DNA from: an uncultured Elusimicrobia bacterium
GTDB taxonomy: Bacteria > Elusimicrobiota > Elusimicrobia > UBA1565 > UBA9628
Length of the DNA: 56,667 bases
Direction: 5' to 3'
Assembly: GCA_964653765.1 (NCBI GenBank)
Contig: CAZZGQ010000002.1
Span: 1 to 56,667, forward strand
In this document: positions 55,521 through 56,667 of the stretch, piece after piece
Numbering within the stretch: position 1 is the stretch's first letter
How the letters are laid out: every line of letters begins with the position of its first letter
Translations under genes and position numbers: made by a program
Notes under the pieces: generated by a model
Database searches by the model: none
What the model was told of the DNA's origin: nothing
The model's input: the letters and a program-made list of their open reading frames with translations, nothing else

Positions 55521-56225
55521 CTACCTGGGGCGCGCCGCTTCCAAATGGATTTTCAGAAGATGCGGCAGCACTTCGATCTTCGTGATGCCGTTAGGTAGAT
55601 TGAAAGGCCGGGTCATGTCCAAGGGCGGGCGTTGATGCTTGCCGACGGCCTCAAGGATCGATTGGATCCACGAGTCTGGGATCGTGACGCCTTTGATCTT
55701 GGCGTCGACGATCTTCACGTAGACCTTGCCCTTGGCGGAGCTCACCAAGCAAGCGAGGGACGCCGAGTTGTCGACCGCTAGGTAGCGTTTGAGGACTTGA
55801 GCCAAGGCGGACTCCGACTCGGAGCCCAAGAACTTTAGCGAGCCGACCCCGAACTGGACCAGCGCCTGCGCCTTGATGATGTGATCCGGCTCGAGCTGAA
55901 CGGCGCCGGCTTTGACGGTGACCTCTTTGACCTTCCCGGAGCGGCCTTGATCGCGGATCCAGTGGTCGATATAGGCGTTCACTTCGTCCTCCGTCAAGGC
56001 GAAGGTTTCTTCGTGGACGCCGGCTCGAGTTTTAGCGGGCTTATTGCGCCGGATGGTCTCGATCATCCTGTCGATCTTGGAGATCGCAATCTGCTGAGGG
56101 GAAGCCTGGGCCGTAGGAGCCGCATTGACCCTGCCCGAGGCCGAAGCTCGCGGAGCGTTGGTCCCAGCGGGGGCGGCCGCCGAGACGCCGATCGCCAAGA
56201 CGGTCAAAAAGCTAGCACTCTTCAT
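55521..56225 (-). CDS. Hypothetical exported protein (signal peptide; LTEDEVNAY helix followed by beta-rich region)
   Basis: MKSASFLTVLAIGVSAAA signal-like start; GC-rich host-like codon usage; no recognised catalytic motif. Confidence 0.65.
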   Translation of the reverse strand: MKSASFLTVLAIGVSAAAPAGTNAPRASASGRVNAAPTAQASPQQIAISKIDRMIETIRRNKPAKTRAGVHEETFALTEDEVNAYIDHWIRDQGRSGKVKEVTVKAGAVQLEPDHIIKAQALVQFGVGSLKFLGSESESALAQVLKRYLAVDNSASLACLVSSAKGKVYVKIVDAKIKGVTIPDSWIQSILEAVGKHQRPPLDMTRPFNLPNGITKIEVLPHLLKIHLEAARPR

Positions 56226-56251
56226 TCGATCCCATGCGCACGATTCGAACG

Positions 56252-56313
56252 ATTTTATCATATTGGGTCTTGCCTTCGAGGCGCCGAGCCCGCCCGCGCA
56301 AAAATGATAAACT
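56252..56313. promoter_or_regulatory. Back-to-back extended -10 elements of a divergent promoter
   Basis: Minus TG-A-TAAAAT (56260-56252); plus TG-A-TAAACT (56305-56313), 7 nt before ATG 56321. Confidence 0.5.
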
Positions 56314-56320
56314 GGCCTCC

Positions 56321-56667
56321 ATGAGCGACAACCCCCTCTGGCTCGTCACCGGCGGCGCCGGCTTCATCGGCTCCAACATCGCCGAGGCCCTGGTGAAGCA
56401 GGGCAAGCGCGTGCGCATCCTGGACAACCTATCGACGGGCAAACTCGAGTTCATGGCGGGCTTCAAGGACAAGGTCGAGTTCCTGAAGGGCGACATCCGC
56501 GCCTTCGAGGACTGCAAGCGGGCGGTGGCCGGCTGCGACTATGTGCTGCACCAGGCCGCCATCCGCGCCGTCGCCAAGTCGGTGGACCGGCCGCAGGAGA
56601 CGCACGAGAGCAACGCCACGGGCACGCTCAACATGCTGCTCGCCGCCAAGGAGGCCAAGGTCAAGCG
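56321..56667 (+). CDS. NAD-dependent epimerase (WbpP-like UDP-GlcNAc/GalNAc 4-epimerase family), 3'-truncated; absent from the ORF track
   Basis: My translation: MSDNPLWLVTGGAGFIGSNIAEALVKQG..VRILDNLSTG..GDIR..VLHQAA..V.KSV..P..T...N..GTLNML. Confidence 0.88.
   Translation, partial: MSDNPLWLVTGGAGFIGSNIAEALVKQGKRVRILDNLSTGKLEFMAGFKDKVEFLKGDIRAFEDCKRAVAGCDYVLHQAAIRAVAKSVDRPQETHESNATGTLNMLLAAKEAKVK

Noticed and set aside
1144-56517. Many long alternative-frame or antisense ORFs (e.g. 1144-2133, 3813-5330, 5617-6903, 7206-8315, 8680-9705, 38268-39452)
   Set aside because: Shadows of well-supported genes in GC-rich DNA; no motifs and biased R/A/G/P composition
1-56667. tRNA, rRNA, CRISPR array, IS/integrase/prophage
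   Set aside because: The window is almost fully coding with gaps of about 110 nt or less; no regularly spaced repeats, cloverleafs or transposase/integrase motifs seen

Overview
The window comes from a high-GC diderm bacterium (Elusimicrobia-like is only an impression, not determined). The left end holds conserved envelope/housekeeping genes (partial murA, folC, ROK kinase, lptD). About 49 kb (5346-55519) is one very large, modular surface-glycan locus, probably O-antigen/LPS. It has two Wzx flippases, Wzz, two Wzy/WaaL-family proteins, a WbpV/WbpL/WbpM-type initiation trio, several GT2/GT4 enzymes and six methyltransferase-like genes. Its less usual content is: (i) a short NeuB synthase with a HAD phosphatase, a class-IV PLP aminotransferase, a TIM-barrel enzyme, an SDR and an SpsF-type cytidylyltransferase; (ii) an AroB-like sugar-phosphate cyclase with two oxidoreductases beside orphan ~600-aa transferases; (iii) a second ulosonate module with two KdsB paralogues but no synthase and a GT2-zinc dehydrogenase fusion; (iv) a GtrB/GT-C-like decoration cassette; (v) an inverted two-gene cassette with its own promoter; and (vi) a Wzx carrying a C-terminal copy of another gene's N-terminal domain. 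The best candidate for an undescribed system is a pathway making CMP-activated non-canonical (possibly carbocyclic and/or aminated) 2-keto-acid sugars for surface display. This is inference from gene content and has not been demonstrated. No rRNA, tRNA, CRISPR array or mobile element was recognised. All product calls are from motif reading without database searches.
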